From positions 248,001-312,000 of the forward strand of contig NIVC01000393.1 in NCBI GenBank assembly GCA_002269645.1: a DNA stretch of 64,000 bases, read 5' to 3'. The stretch comes from Macrostomum lignano (taxonomy: Eukaryota). Below, piece after piece: positions 27,140-38,876 of this stretch (position 1 is the stretch's first letter; every line of letters starts with the position of its first letter). Position numbers and translations under genes: made by a program. The notes under the pieces were generated by a model. The model searched no databases and was not told the DNA's origin. It saw only the letters and a list, made by a program, of their open reading frames with translations.

Positions 27140-28095
27140 CTGTGCTGGGGAGAATTACTGAGACGTCAAGGCTCACAGAGAATAACTGAGATTACAGGGG
27201 GGTTTCTGAGATGTTAAAGCAAAAGTCAGAAGCTACTTCAAAGTACATGTACTTTACTTAAGTTTTTTATTGCATTCTTTGTTGGCTTGCCACGGTGGGG
27301 GGGGCGCTGATAGAAGAAGAGTCATGTAAAAATAAAAGGAGCACTATGTATACATAAAATAAAAGTCATGTCAAAGTTAAAAGATTCATTTGGGAATTGC
27401 TACGATGTCAAAGCTTGGAGGGAATCGTTATAGTGCTGTGATTCTTAAAGAAGGAATCACTTAAATGCCAAGGCTTAGGGAAGAAGAATTGCTGTGATTT
27501 CAAGGCTTTAGGTTGGGTGAAAGTTAGGTTTACGTCAGGTTTGGGTTGAGGGTTAGATTTTAGCGCGTTTCAAGGTTAACAGGGGATTTTTTAGATTTCA
27601 AGGTTTATGGGGGCATCGCTGACATGTCAAGGCTTACGAGGGGAATCTATCTATCTATCTATAGCTGAGATGTCAAGGCTCACGGGGGAATAAATGAGAT
27701 GTCAAGGCTAATGTCAGAAGCTACATGTAGTTTATTGGAAAAAAGTTATTACATTATTTGTTGGCTCCTCACGGGAGGGATCGCTGATAGAAAAAGCGTA
27801 ATGTAAAAAAAAAAGAAGCTTCATGTCAAAGTTAAGAGATTCATTTGGGAATCCCTACGATGTCGAGGCTTGCAGGGAATCGCTATAATGCTGTAGTAGT
27901 GCTATAGACTCTTAGAGAGAATTACTGAAATTTCAATGCTTTAGGGTTAGGGTTAGGGTTAGGGTTAGGGTTAGAAAATAGACAGATTTTTTAAGATTTC
28001 AAGGCTTGTGGGAGCATTGCTGAGATGTCAAGGGGGGAGTTGATATGTTAAGGCTTGTGGGGGGGATTGCTGACATGTCAAGGCTTACAAGGGTA
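27140..28095 (+). mobile_element. Dispersed repeat of two tandem modules containing (TTAGGG)n
   Basis: The second module is the reverse complement of 46810-47300; TTAGGG x5 at 27939-27974. Confidence 0.7.
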
Positions 28096-29142
28096 CTGGT
28101 AGCGTACTGAAGCATACTGGTAGAAGTAGCTCTGAAAGAAGGCAAGTATGGTTGAATTTCAATGTCTGTTATAAAATTCTGCACAAACATGTTTTATTGG
28201 TACATAAGCCTGGAATTAAAATGAGAATTCGATTCCTAGCCCCCCTCCCTAAGAATTTTTTTTCATTTAAAAGGATTCGTCCCTTGCTTATTGGCCACCC
28301 CGAAGGCCATTTTTTATCAAAAATGATAAAAATAATTTTTATCAAACACGTTGACATATACAGGGCTCTAAACTAAAAAACTGTAAAAAGTTGATAGTTT
28401 TGTTTTACCTAAAATGCGTTATTAACGATCTCCAAAAATTCCTATTTTAAGCTTAAGCTTAAGAAAGACACTTAAAGTACTCCTGCTAAAAGGTATATTA
28501 TATTAGACGAATATTAATTATTTCTGCTCCCCGAAGGGGGGCAAAACTTTAGCTAGTAAATAGCTAAACCAGAGGATGCAATAACGTCGCTTCTAAAGCT
28601 TAGAATAGAACAGACGGCCCATCGTAAATTGGCTTTATCGCGGAATTCTAAGAAGTCGTGCGGGACTGCGCACGGCCCTCAAGATTAGGACCACTAAGCA
28701 GAGGCGTGCGCGCGCAGAGAGCGTCTTTCGTCCGTTTGATCGCGCTGCACGCACGCCGCGATTTGTCACACTTGGCCACGAGTTCAACCTGATAGCTTTC
28801 GGTTTGCGTACACCGTGCGATAGGCCAACCCCAGCCACCCCCTACTCCGTACCGAGAGGCGGCATTTTCTCTACAAACACAGCGCTGGGCCCACACGAGC
28901 GCCGTACGTACGTCGTTCGCTGCAGACCTCCACCACCCCCCTCCCGCGAGGAACCGTCGCATTACATATTCATATAAACACATTTGCGCACCATAAGGCA
29001 GCCAAAGGTTCCACAGTGCAACTAAGACGGGCGTTGGCCGGTCCCTAGAGCAGCGATAGCCTCGTTGAAGTTTCTAAGGATATCTACAAGCTAAGAATAT
29101 CATTATCAAAGTGTCTACTGACGAGACCCGAGGCGGACAGGC

Positions 29143-30270
29143 ATGGCTCAATACCTCTACGACCTCTTCTGGACGGACAGTTTCTGGCTGCCTCAGGGAT
29201 ACACCTGGCAGAGTCTGCAACGACGATCTGATCCGCCGCCAACGGTGTTCAAAGCCTGCTTAGCCGACCTGAAATATTCGTTCGCCTGTGCGCTGGTGCT
29301 GTTCATCATCCGGCACCTGCTGGACCGGCTTCTGTACCGCCCGCTGGGCTGCTGGCTGGGCCTGACAGATCCGGCAGTCTATCAGCCGAGAACCAAAGAG
29401 GACCGCCGCTTAGAAATGGCTTTCCAGAACGGCAAACGGAGCGGCAAAAGTGTCGATTATCAGGCCCTGTCGCGCAGCATCGATCGCTCCGAGGTGTTCG
29501 TCAGCAACTGGTTCCGAGTTCGGCGCAACCGCGACCGGTCCAGCCAGCTCACCAAGTTCACCGAGAGCGCCTGGCAGATTTCTTTCTACTCCGTCAGCTT
29601 CCTCTATGGCGTCGCCATTTTGTGGAACAAGCCCTACCTGTGGAGCACCATCGAAATTTGGCGCGGATGGCCGGAGCATCACGTGACGTCGGATGTTTAC
29701 TGGTACTACATGGTGGAGCTCGGCTTTTACTGGACGGCTCTCGTCACCGTGTTTAGCGACACAAAGCGCAAGGACTTCAAAGAGATGCTGCTGCACCACT
29801 GCATAACCATAGTCCTCATGGTGTTCAGCTGGTCTCTGAACTTCACCCGAATCGGCGCGCTCATCCTTGCCCTGCATGATGCTGTTGATCCGCTTTTTCA
29901 CCTGGCCAAAATCGGCAGCTACACAAAACTGCGCTGGCTCAGCGATCCGTCGTTTGTCACCTTTATGACAGTGTGGTTCGTCACCCGGCTGATTCTTTAT
30001 CCGTTCCGAATCGTGCTCACCGCACTCACCGAGCTGGAGTCCGAATGTGGCATCAGTCCGGCTCTGCGGGGCCTTCAGGCCTGCCTGCTGGTGCTGCAGG
30101 CGCTCCACGTGATCTGGTCCTACTTCATCGTCAAGGTGGCCTTCAGGGTGGTGTTCAAAGGCAATCGGCAGGACTCTAGGTCGGACTCGGAGGAATCTAC
30201 CGAGGAGTGCTCAGAAACTGTGAAGGCCAATGGCGATAGCACTGTGGACAGCAAAGCTAAGTCAACTTAG
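29143..30270 (+). CDS. CERS: Ceramide synthase (LASS/CerS; Hox-like domain plus TLC/Lag1 domain), intronless, 375 aa
   Basis: FW.D.FWLP N-terminus, NWFRVRRN homeodomain-like segment, KFTESAW, Lag1 motif RKDFKEMLLHH...HDAVD, C-terminal DSRSDSEE. Confidence 0.95.
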   Translation: MAQYLYDLFWTDSFWLPQGYTWQSLQRRSDPPPTVFKACLADLKYSFACALVLFIIRHLLDRLLYRPLGCWLGLTDPAVYQPRTKEDRRLEMAFQNGKRSGKSVDYQALSRSIDRSEVFVSNWFRVRRNRDRSSQLTKFTESAWQISFYSVSFLYGVAILWNKPYLWSTIEIWRGWPEHHVTSDVYWYYMVELGFYWTALVTVFSDTKRKDFKEMLLHHCITIVLMVFSWSLNFTRIGALILALHDAVDPLFHLAKIGSYTKLRWLSDPSFVTFMTVWFVTRLILYPFRIVLTALTELESECGISPALRGLQACLLVLQALHVIWSYFIVKVAFRVVFKGNRQDSRSDSEESTEECSETVKANGDSTVDSKAKST

Positions 30271-31260
30271 TTCCCCCAGCACTGCAAATGCATGCAATGA
30301 TTTGTATTTGATTTTAGTTAGACCTATAATGCATGCACCGGCTTTGCAAATGGTATTTCTTAACTTTGTAAGCGTCGTCCTTCCGCTTTGACCTTATTAG
30401 CCAGAAGACACCTGTTCTATGCAGTCATTATTTAGTCAAATATTTTAATACGGTTCCAGCAGTTTGGAAATCATTACGCATATTTCCATGCGCCCGCCGG
30501 ATTCCAGAGATCAAAGCTTTGTCTGGTGCAATCTTTTGCGCAGAGAAAATTATCGAAATCCTTCACTGGCGTCGCTTTTTGATTATTGAAATCATTAAGG
30601 ACCTTTTGTTGTTTTGATTAAATTTGTAAATCGTAATCGTTTTGCATAAAATATTCATGCCAATATCGGTCTAAAATACTATTTTTAATTGATGCTAACT
30701 TGCTTCACATCCTGATACGTCTCATTTTCCTTGATAAAATTCCAAGAAACACAAGAAATGACGTCCATACGGAAGTCATACAGACAGTCTACAAACAGAC
30801 ATCAATATTTCCGTATAGATTTTTGCTATTTTTGTTAGACAGAAAGTCAATTCCAGAGGATCAACTATTCCAGCTTCTTAAGAGTCGATGAAGAAAGACA
30901 CATTCTTTTACAGAAAAGAAACACGGAAGATCCGTGACATTTTGCATGGCTCATGTGACTTGAAATTAACGGGAATTAACTGGATCAGGACTGAAGGCTT
31001 ATGGTTGAGATTGCCTTGGATTTTTTTGCTTCTTTGTATCAGTGCATCGGCGCCTATTTGTGCCAAGGCAGGCCGTAAGAAGCTTAGGGAAAGCCCGAGC
31101 GTGCCACGGCTGACTGAAGAAGGTTTACCTTGCTTGTGCGCATTACGTCTGATAAGAAAAAACCAACCAGAGCGTAATTAAGACACAGACTGTTGGTCGA
31201 TGCACCTGCAAGGATGAGGGATCAAAGGAGTATATTTAATTTTAAACGACACACGACTGC

Positions 31261-32240
<980 letters not shown>

Positions 32241-32979
32241 TCGCCAGACTCCCCAGTATAACAAAGCCACTCCAGAGTCACGCTATGGTCCGACCAGCCC
32301 AAACCGGACCAGGAGACAGCACTTTACTCACCTGTAAAGCTTCAGCTTGAGTCAGCAGTCCGACAAGTTCGAATTGTGCGCGAACGGCAGTGCTTTTAAT
32401 CTTGATAAGTTGGCGCAAACACCGATAAGAGCTTCGTTTGTACGGACTTGATCGAACACAAATATTGAACTACTAACAGTAGGCTATATAGTTTATGTAT
32501 TATATCTTCGCAGAGAAGTCCAATAAGCAATAATTCTCTTTGAGTCTCTTAATTACGCTTTTTATTTAATATAGCTCTTATTATCTATTCAATAAAAATG
32601 GACACCCGTCATGCAGGCACGCTTGACAAGTTCTTCATTGTCCAGTCTGAATGCAAATTGTCACGCTGCATGAGGCAGCGCTTATTAAATTGCATGTATT
32701 CTGTGCGACAACTGGATAATTAGTTGAAAGTTTTCGAGCACATAATTGCACACAGGCCTTCTCAAAGCGTAGTTGAAATCTTCACCAACTGATGCCTGCA
32801 AGCATCTGACCGCGCAAGAAAACAAGCATTTGGCTATTTTTATGTTTTTATTGAAATACATGTAGTATTGTCATACAGTAGATGAAAATGAAAATGAAAA
32901 TGAAATACATTTATAACTCAAATATCCCGTTTCTCAGCGATGATTTTTCTATCTTGGAGTGGCGCCTTTTGATACAAAG

Positions 32980-33330
32980 GGGTGCCATTTCAGTCGGGAG
33001 GGTGCCAGTTCAGTCGGGAGGGTGCCATTTCAGTCGGGAGGGTGCCATTTCAGTCGGGAGGGTGCCATTTCAGTCGGGAGGGTGCCAGTTCAGTCGGGAG
33101 GGTGCCATTTCAGTCGGGAGGGTGCCATTTCAGTCGGGAGGGTGCCAGTTCAGTCGGGAGGGTGCCAGTTCAGTCGGGAGGGTGCCATTTCAGTCGGGAG
33201 GGTGCCATTTCAGTCGGGAGGGTGCCATTTCAGTCGGGAGGGTGCCAGTTCAGTCGGGAGGGTGCCAGTTCAGTCGGGAGGGTGCCAGTTCAGTCGGGAG
33301 GGTGCCAGTTCAGTCGGGAGGAGTGCCATT
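32980..33330. repeat. 20-bp minisatellite (GGTGCCATTTCAGTCGGGAG)
   Basis: About 17 units. Confidence 0.95.
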
Positions 33331-33512
33331 TCAGTCACCCTCCGCGAGGTGCAAAAGCGATCCGTCCCGCTCGAAAAGTCAAATCTATAAGTATAGAAGC
33401 ATTGCCCAGCCTAATTGCTCAATGCTTAATTACAGAGTAGGCGCTTATTTCCGTTTTGCACGTACACTCCGTGTACACTCAGAACCTCGGGCATTCGGAG
33501 GTTGTTGTACGA

Positions 33513-33800
33513 GTAGCCCAGTGGTCAGAGCGTCGGACTCCCGATTGAAAGGTTTGAGGTTCGATTCTTGAGCCACTCGGAACAATTTGTGTCCTTGGGC
33601 AAGACACATAACTCTGCATTGCTTCAGTTCACCCAGCTGTAAAATAGGTGCCAGCATTAGCTGGGGTAATTGAGGGTGTGTGGTGACCCCCCAGTCCTTG
33701 GACTGCAGCTTGGTACGCAGCTTTCAGATACACCGCGCACTAGCTGCGGCTGAGCTGTCGGTTGCAAATCTGGCCATTAGGGCAGGTGTAATCAACTATT
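33513..33800 (+). mobile_element. tRNA-derived SINE with a CORE-like central domain, family A
   Basis: A box TAGCCCAGTGG, B box GGTTCGATTC, then GTGTCCTTGGGCAAGACAC...CCCAGCTGTAAAAT; copies at 41211 and 53129. Confidence 0.8.
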
Positions 33801-34454
33801 CTCATTATTAATATTACATTCGAGTGGTATTGTTAGCAAAAGTACGCGCGGTTATATCTCCATATGCAAAACTGGGTCCGAATTCGCAACCCGGAAAGAT
33901 CACACTGCAGACTCGGAACTGGGAGCCGCGGTAGCATGGAAAATATAAAAAAAAGTTTTGTCTTTGTCTAATCCACCGAGCTGCGAATTGGCCTCTACTT
34001 GGAACCTGATTTCTCCCAATCGCACAAAGAAGGTGTGAGCATCTTTGCCCAGATTCTGCTGCTCCAGTCCAACTGCCTACGGATACACCAGCTACACCCG
34101 CTGCGCTACAGCTGCTCGAACTGTCGCGTCATCTGAAATCCATTTCCACCTCTTCTCCTGGATTCTGACATAGCTGCTTCGATAAGTACAAGACGCGGCG
34201 ATGGTAAAAACAAAGAGACGTTGGCATCGAAAAGCGCACGAATAACCCCCTTCAATCGAGCTCAATAATGAAAAGGTGGACGAAATCGTAGCGCACCTAC
34301 TAATGTTGCAAGAACTGTCAGTTTTCGCTGAGCCACTGTGCTGAACTGATGCAGGACAAATCAGAAAAGTGTTTTACGGTCTTTAAAACTCCAGCGCATC
34401 GTCACTTGGAACAGCATTTATTACGGACGGATCGATGCGCGATACATTCCCGTA

Positions 34455-34620
34455 CAGCAATCCGACGTCTAACGACGTCATTAACAAGTATGTTGTACTT
34501 TTACATTACACTGACGTTCAGCCGACGTAGCGCGTCTTTATCTGTTGATTTATTGTAAAAGTACATGCTTGTCAGCGACGTCTTTAGACGTCGGATCACA
34601 TCGGCCGACGTCGTTGTCAC
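34455..34620. repeat. Dispersed repeat rich in GACGTC palindromes; homologous fragment at about 61425-61515
   Basis: Shared GACGTTCAGCC...GATTTA.TGTAAAAGTACA...TGTCAGCGACGT. Confidence 0.55.
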
Positions 34621-35412
34621 TGGTTTGCTGTAAGGGTTTAGCATCAGTAGTTGCCAGCATGGAGGCTATTATTCAAAAGCACCGTGGCTTCTAACATAGC
34701 TTGGATAATTATAATCAGACTTTTGACATAAACTGATTATTGTTATATCCTAAAGAATCAAATTAAAATTGTTTCTTGTGATCTTCAGATAAAGATTCCT
34801 GATTTGTTAGCTTGGTTGAACATGTAAACTGTCATAACTTATTATTGTTTTTTTAACCCCGAGGATTAAAAACTAATCTTAAAAACTTTTAAAACTAATC
34901 TATTTTTCTATACAGAAAACATTTGTGAATCACGGTCAACGAGTTTTTCTATCTGATGAAGTCATTTTTAATAAGAAACAGTAAAATCAAGAAGATAAAT
35001 TGCTATAACGTATAAACAATGTTTAACAGCTAAACAGCAACAATAACATAACCTGTTTATAACCAGATGGCATATTGGGTATAACTTCGGTTTCTCGCTC
35101 TAAATTATTTTCTTGATTTTCAGAAATTAATACTTTTATGCTTATAAACCTGCGTTACTGATTATTTTCCGGCCTTTCCAGATTAGGAATTCAGAAACCT
35201 GCTTCATTTCCTGCTTTGGAGTTTTGACTATTACATTGTGTCACTGTTGACTTTTTACCCTGTGACTTTTTACTTGTTTCTTTTACATTTGTAGACTGTA
35301 AGTTTAAAAGAATCCGGAAAATAATTTAGAGCGGGAAACCGAAGTTATGCCGCATATTGTTTGTCAATTAAATATGAGCTGCCTTTGGCTTTGAAAACTA
35401 AAAAAAATTAAG

Positions 35413-37018
35413 TTACACCTGAGCGGCATGCCAGTCGGCAAAGCAGGGGGCTGCGCACAGTCCATGGTTCCCTTCACATGATCCGCGGCAGAAGACTGTT
35501 TTCTTGGCCTGGCCGTTCTTGTAGCACTGCCTGCACCGCTTCGTTGGTCGGGCTTGCGCTTCGGTGGTTTCGAGGCTTCGAGAGGAGTCAATAAAGTTCT
35601 TGATTATGGTCTCCAGAAACTTTAAAAACTCCAGTGTACCTCCGCACGATCGGTACACAACCCAGCCGTTTCTGGCCAATACAAGAAAAAGGTGCGCGCC
35701 GAGCTTTGTGGGCCACTTCTGAGTCCGCCGGCATGGGTTGTATGGCTGCAAGGCAGAATCCAACCTGTCGATACCACCCACAAGTCTGTTGTACGACACA
35801 ACTGTCTGTTGCTTCTGCTGGATGACCAGTTCGTTTCGCACGATTCAGTGAACAGGGTGAAGTTGGGCTACGCCTTGCGTGTCAAGGAAGTAAACTTTAT
35901 TTAGGCCCGAGCTCTTCCTGTCAACTATTTTCAACGCTAGCACGTTTCCTTTGCGCATAAACATGTAGCTTGGAGCTTGGTTTCCCTGGATACCACGAAG
36001 GCCATCTGGGACACCGCGATCGGCGCGAACTGTGCATGTCAGCATGGTGCTCCGCCGCAGCAGATACATCGCAAGACGATAAGATCCGAACCAGCTATCG
36101 CAGAAGATGTGATAACCTAAATTCAATACGTACCTAACTGCCTCCACCAGGACTTTCTCACTCAGAGACAGTCCCCCACACCCGATACCTTGACCGAATC
36201 GCTCATTCTCAGCTCTACTAGAGTGCACTAAAAAGTTGCTGACGTAACCAGATCTAGCTTCGCAGAGACAATACAGTTTGATGCCATATCGCGCTTTCTT
36301 GGATGGAATATATTGACGAAACATGACGCGACCCCTGAACAGAACAAGCTCTTCGTCGACACTAATTTCTTTTTCTGGCATGTACACACTGCGACATTTC
36401 TCAGCTACACCCGTAATAAATGGTCTTGCCTTTGCTAGCGGGTCGTTTCCATCGAAGTTGCTGCAGTCATAGAAGCGCAGCTGGCTACTGATCTGTTGGT
36501 ACCTGTCCCTTGTCAGGCAAGCCAGTTGTTGGAAGAAAGGTGTTGCGTAGAAATCATCTTTGCTCCAATAGTTGGCGATCTCGGGCTTTTTAACTATTCC
36601 CATGTAAAGCGACATGGCGACAAACTTCTTCATCTCGTCCACGGTCACGTCTTTCTACGCAGAGAACCTTTGAGGCAGGTTTGGCATCGGGATTGGTCCA
36701 AGCGCAGAGCTGTTGCAGCAGGTCAGCAGTCAGAAACAGCTTGAAAAACGCAGCTGGATCGTCATCGGCGGTCTCTGGCCCCGGCAAGTCAGGATCCACA
36801 CCAGGCATTCCCAAGAATTCGGGCTCTGCATCTGGCCGTTGATCCTGCCCAGCTTCCCGTGCCACCCAAGCATCATTTGGCAAGCCTCCGGCGTCTTCAT
36901 TTGGCTGGAGATGCAGGTCCTCCTCTTCTTCATCTTCACCCTCATCCGCTGTTAGCCAGCCTTCCTCCTCCTCTAGTTCGGAGTCGGTATCCGGATCAAA
37001 ATGCACTTGAGCAGCCAT
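35413..37018 (-). pseudogene. Decayed piggyBac (PGBD4-like) transposase
   Basis: Catalytic motifs SVDEELVLFRGR, FCDSWF and GGIDRLD; YIPSKKARYGIK; Cys-rich tail. Disrupted by a frameshift near 36680, TAG at 36657-36655 (W to stop) and TGA at 35847-35845. Confidence 0.9.
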
Positions 37019-37828
37019 GACAAACACTGTCCGATACTTGGAAATTATTGCACTAAATAAAGCTCCTGATCGATGATTCAATTAACTAATTGGCACTTGA
37101 CTTTTATCATGTAGCTTCAAGCTTTCTTGATTTGATGAATCCCACAATTTTGCTGTGTCATTTATACCCACCCACCCGTCCATCCACCCCACCCCACCCC
37201 ACTTTGTTTTTTGCTTTCATGTTTATCCTTTATTGCTACGAGTATAAGCTAATCCGCAAGCTACGTTGGTGAATAGAATCCCAACCAAGCACCAAATCCC
37301 AATCATTTGAATTCTTGCTCTTATGGTCTGATTTCTATAAAAATATCAGCACGATTATTATTGACACTTGTTGTAAGCTCAAGCCACGAGTGAAGCAGAT
37401 GCAAATTGACAGCCCATTGTTCGTAGCTTCTTTTCTCGCGCAGAGGCTTGTCCCCAGCAGCCCAGTGGGACAGCTCCATCGCCCGGGGCAACGCGGAATG
37501 TCTGGCTAGAACTTTTCCGTCAATATGTGATTGTAGGCTGTTTCCTACAGGCAACTCCGAGACTGGCAGCAGAAATTCAAAGGCTTTCTGGAAAGGAAAG
37601 CACTTCGTAGAACACATTGAGCGTTTTTGGGAGTGGTTGAGAGCCAATGGGCTTAGTGAGCTGTGTGGTTAGTAGAGTGCGGGAGTCTGTACATTCGCGG
37701 TGAATTGAGTAGCACCTGCAGATGACTTTCCCTTCTCCATTGGCTGGGCCATGCTTCTAGTCCATATTTTATGCGCTTCTGAAGCCAAAGTATGGTAAAA
37801 CAGGCTCGCTTTTTGTTGCACTTTCAGA

Positions 37829-38182
37829 TCCGACCCAAGCAGAGCCATGAAAGCCAAAGCAAAGCCGGACAAATTGGCCAGCAAGTCGAAGCAACACAAA
37901 GACGGAAAGGCGAGGCAGCAAAAATCAAAGCAGCCATCGAAGGAGGCCGTGATCAGGTCGAGGTCGGAGCAGCTGCAGCAACAGCAACAGCAGGAGCAGC
38001 AGACTTCGCAGCCTCAGGAGACACCTCCGGAGCAGCAGCAAGCCAGTAAGCTGAGCGGCTACACCAGAGTTCATCAGGCGATTGACGCGACCCACACTGT
38101 GGCGCAGGCGCTGAGTCTGCTTGGCCTGCGGGAGGCGCCAAAACCCAAGCTGCCAAGGAGGCAGGGAAGGAGGAAAAAGTAA
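37829..38182 (+). CDS. Possible terminal exon or ORF of an unidentified K/Q-rich protein
   Basis: ctttcag acceptor at 37827 and GC-rich coding-like ORF; upstream exons could not be joined in phase. Confidence 0.25.
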   Translation, partial: SDPSRAMKAKAKPDKLASKSKQHKDGKARQQKSKQPSKEAVIRSRSEQLQQQQQQEQQTSQPQETPPEQQQASKLSGYTRVHQAIDATHTVAQALSLLGLREAPKPKLPRRQGRRKK

Positions 38183-38535
38183 CGACGCGCAGCGTACGAA
38201 GTGTCCTAACGACGTACAATTATCATTTTTGTGTTTAACATTTCTTTAAACTCTCTTTAGACTCTTTTGTATGGAATTGTATCCGTGTTTCACGGAGCTC
38301 TACGGTGTTTTTATTGTCGTGAGAAGCGTTCAAACAGATATAAATATTTTCTGGCAAAAATCTAAATTAGGAAAGGAAACGCGTGAAAAACTTTTTTTTT
38401 GCATTACGACTCGTCAGTCTGTCCAGTTCATCCAATCGAATGCTTAGGCTTTTTCACGCACTGAAGGTGTTTATGATAAAAACGCTTTGATTAGTTCGTA
38501 TTAATTAACTATTCGTCCGTCATCTGATCTTATTG

Positions 38536-38876
38536 TCACGCCGTCAGATCCGCTTTCTTTCCATTGTCCTTTTTCAAGTCGTAGGCGGTGATAACATCCG
38601 GCATGGCTTTCTGTACGTACATCATCGGGTCGCGAGGTCCGTCGAGCAGGAAGTGTGTTGTGAGGTGACCAACGCCCTTAACAGTGATGGAGCCCCTGGT
38701 CTCAAAGCTGTAGCCTCTCTGTTCCAGGCCTTCCCGCACGGTTCCCGTCACCTGTATGCGATCTTGAAGTCCGCTGCTCTCCATTCTTGAAGCGATGTTG
38801 ACCGTGTCGCCCCAGATGTCGTACTGGGGCTTGCGCGTGGCGATCACTCCGGCGATTACCACGCCGTGGTTCACTC
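38536..38876 (-). CDS. Adenylate cyclase exon 12 (end of C2a)
   Basis: [36 protein letters not shown]. Confidence 0.92.

Noticed and set aside
29410-30108. Long antisense ORFs (also 49623-50552, 61622-62467, 61716-62465, 2858-3355, 5361-6479)
   Set aside because: They are shadows of GC-rich real exons in other frames or on the other strand
33513-33590. tRNA genes (also 41211, 44735, 58169, 23925, 26163)
   Set aside because: A and B boxes are present, but I could not fold a clean cloverleaf, and each continues into a shared repeat body, so they are SINE heads
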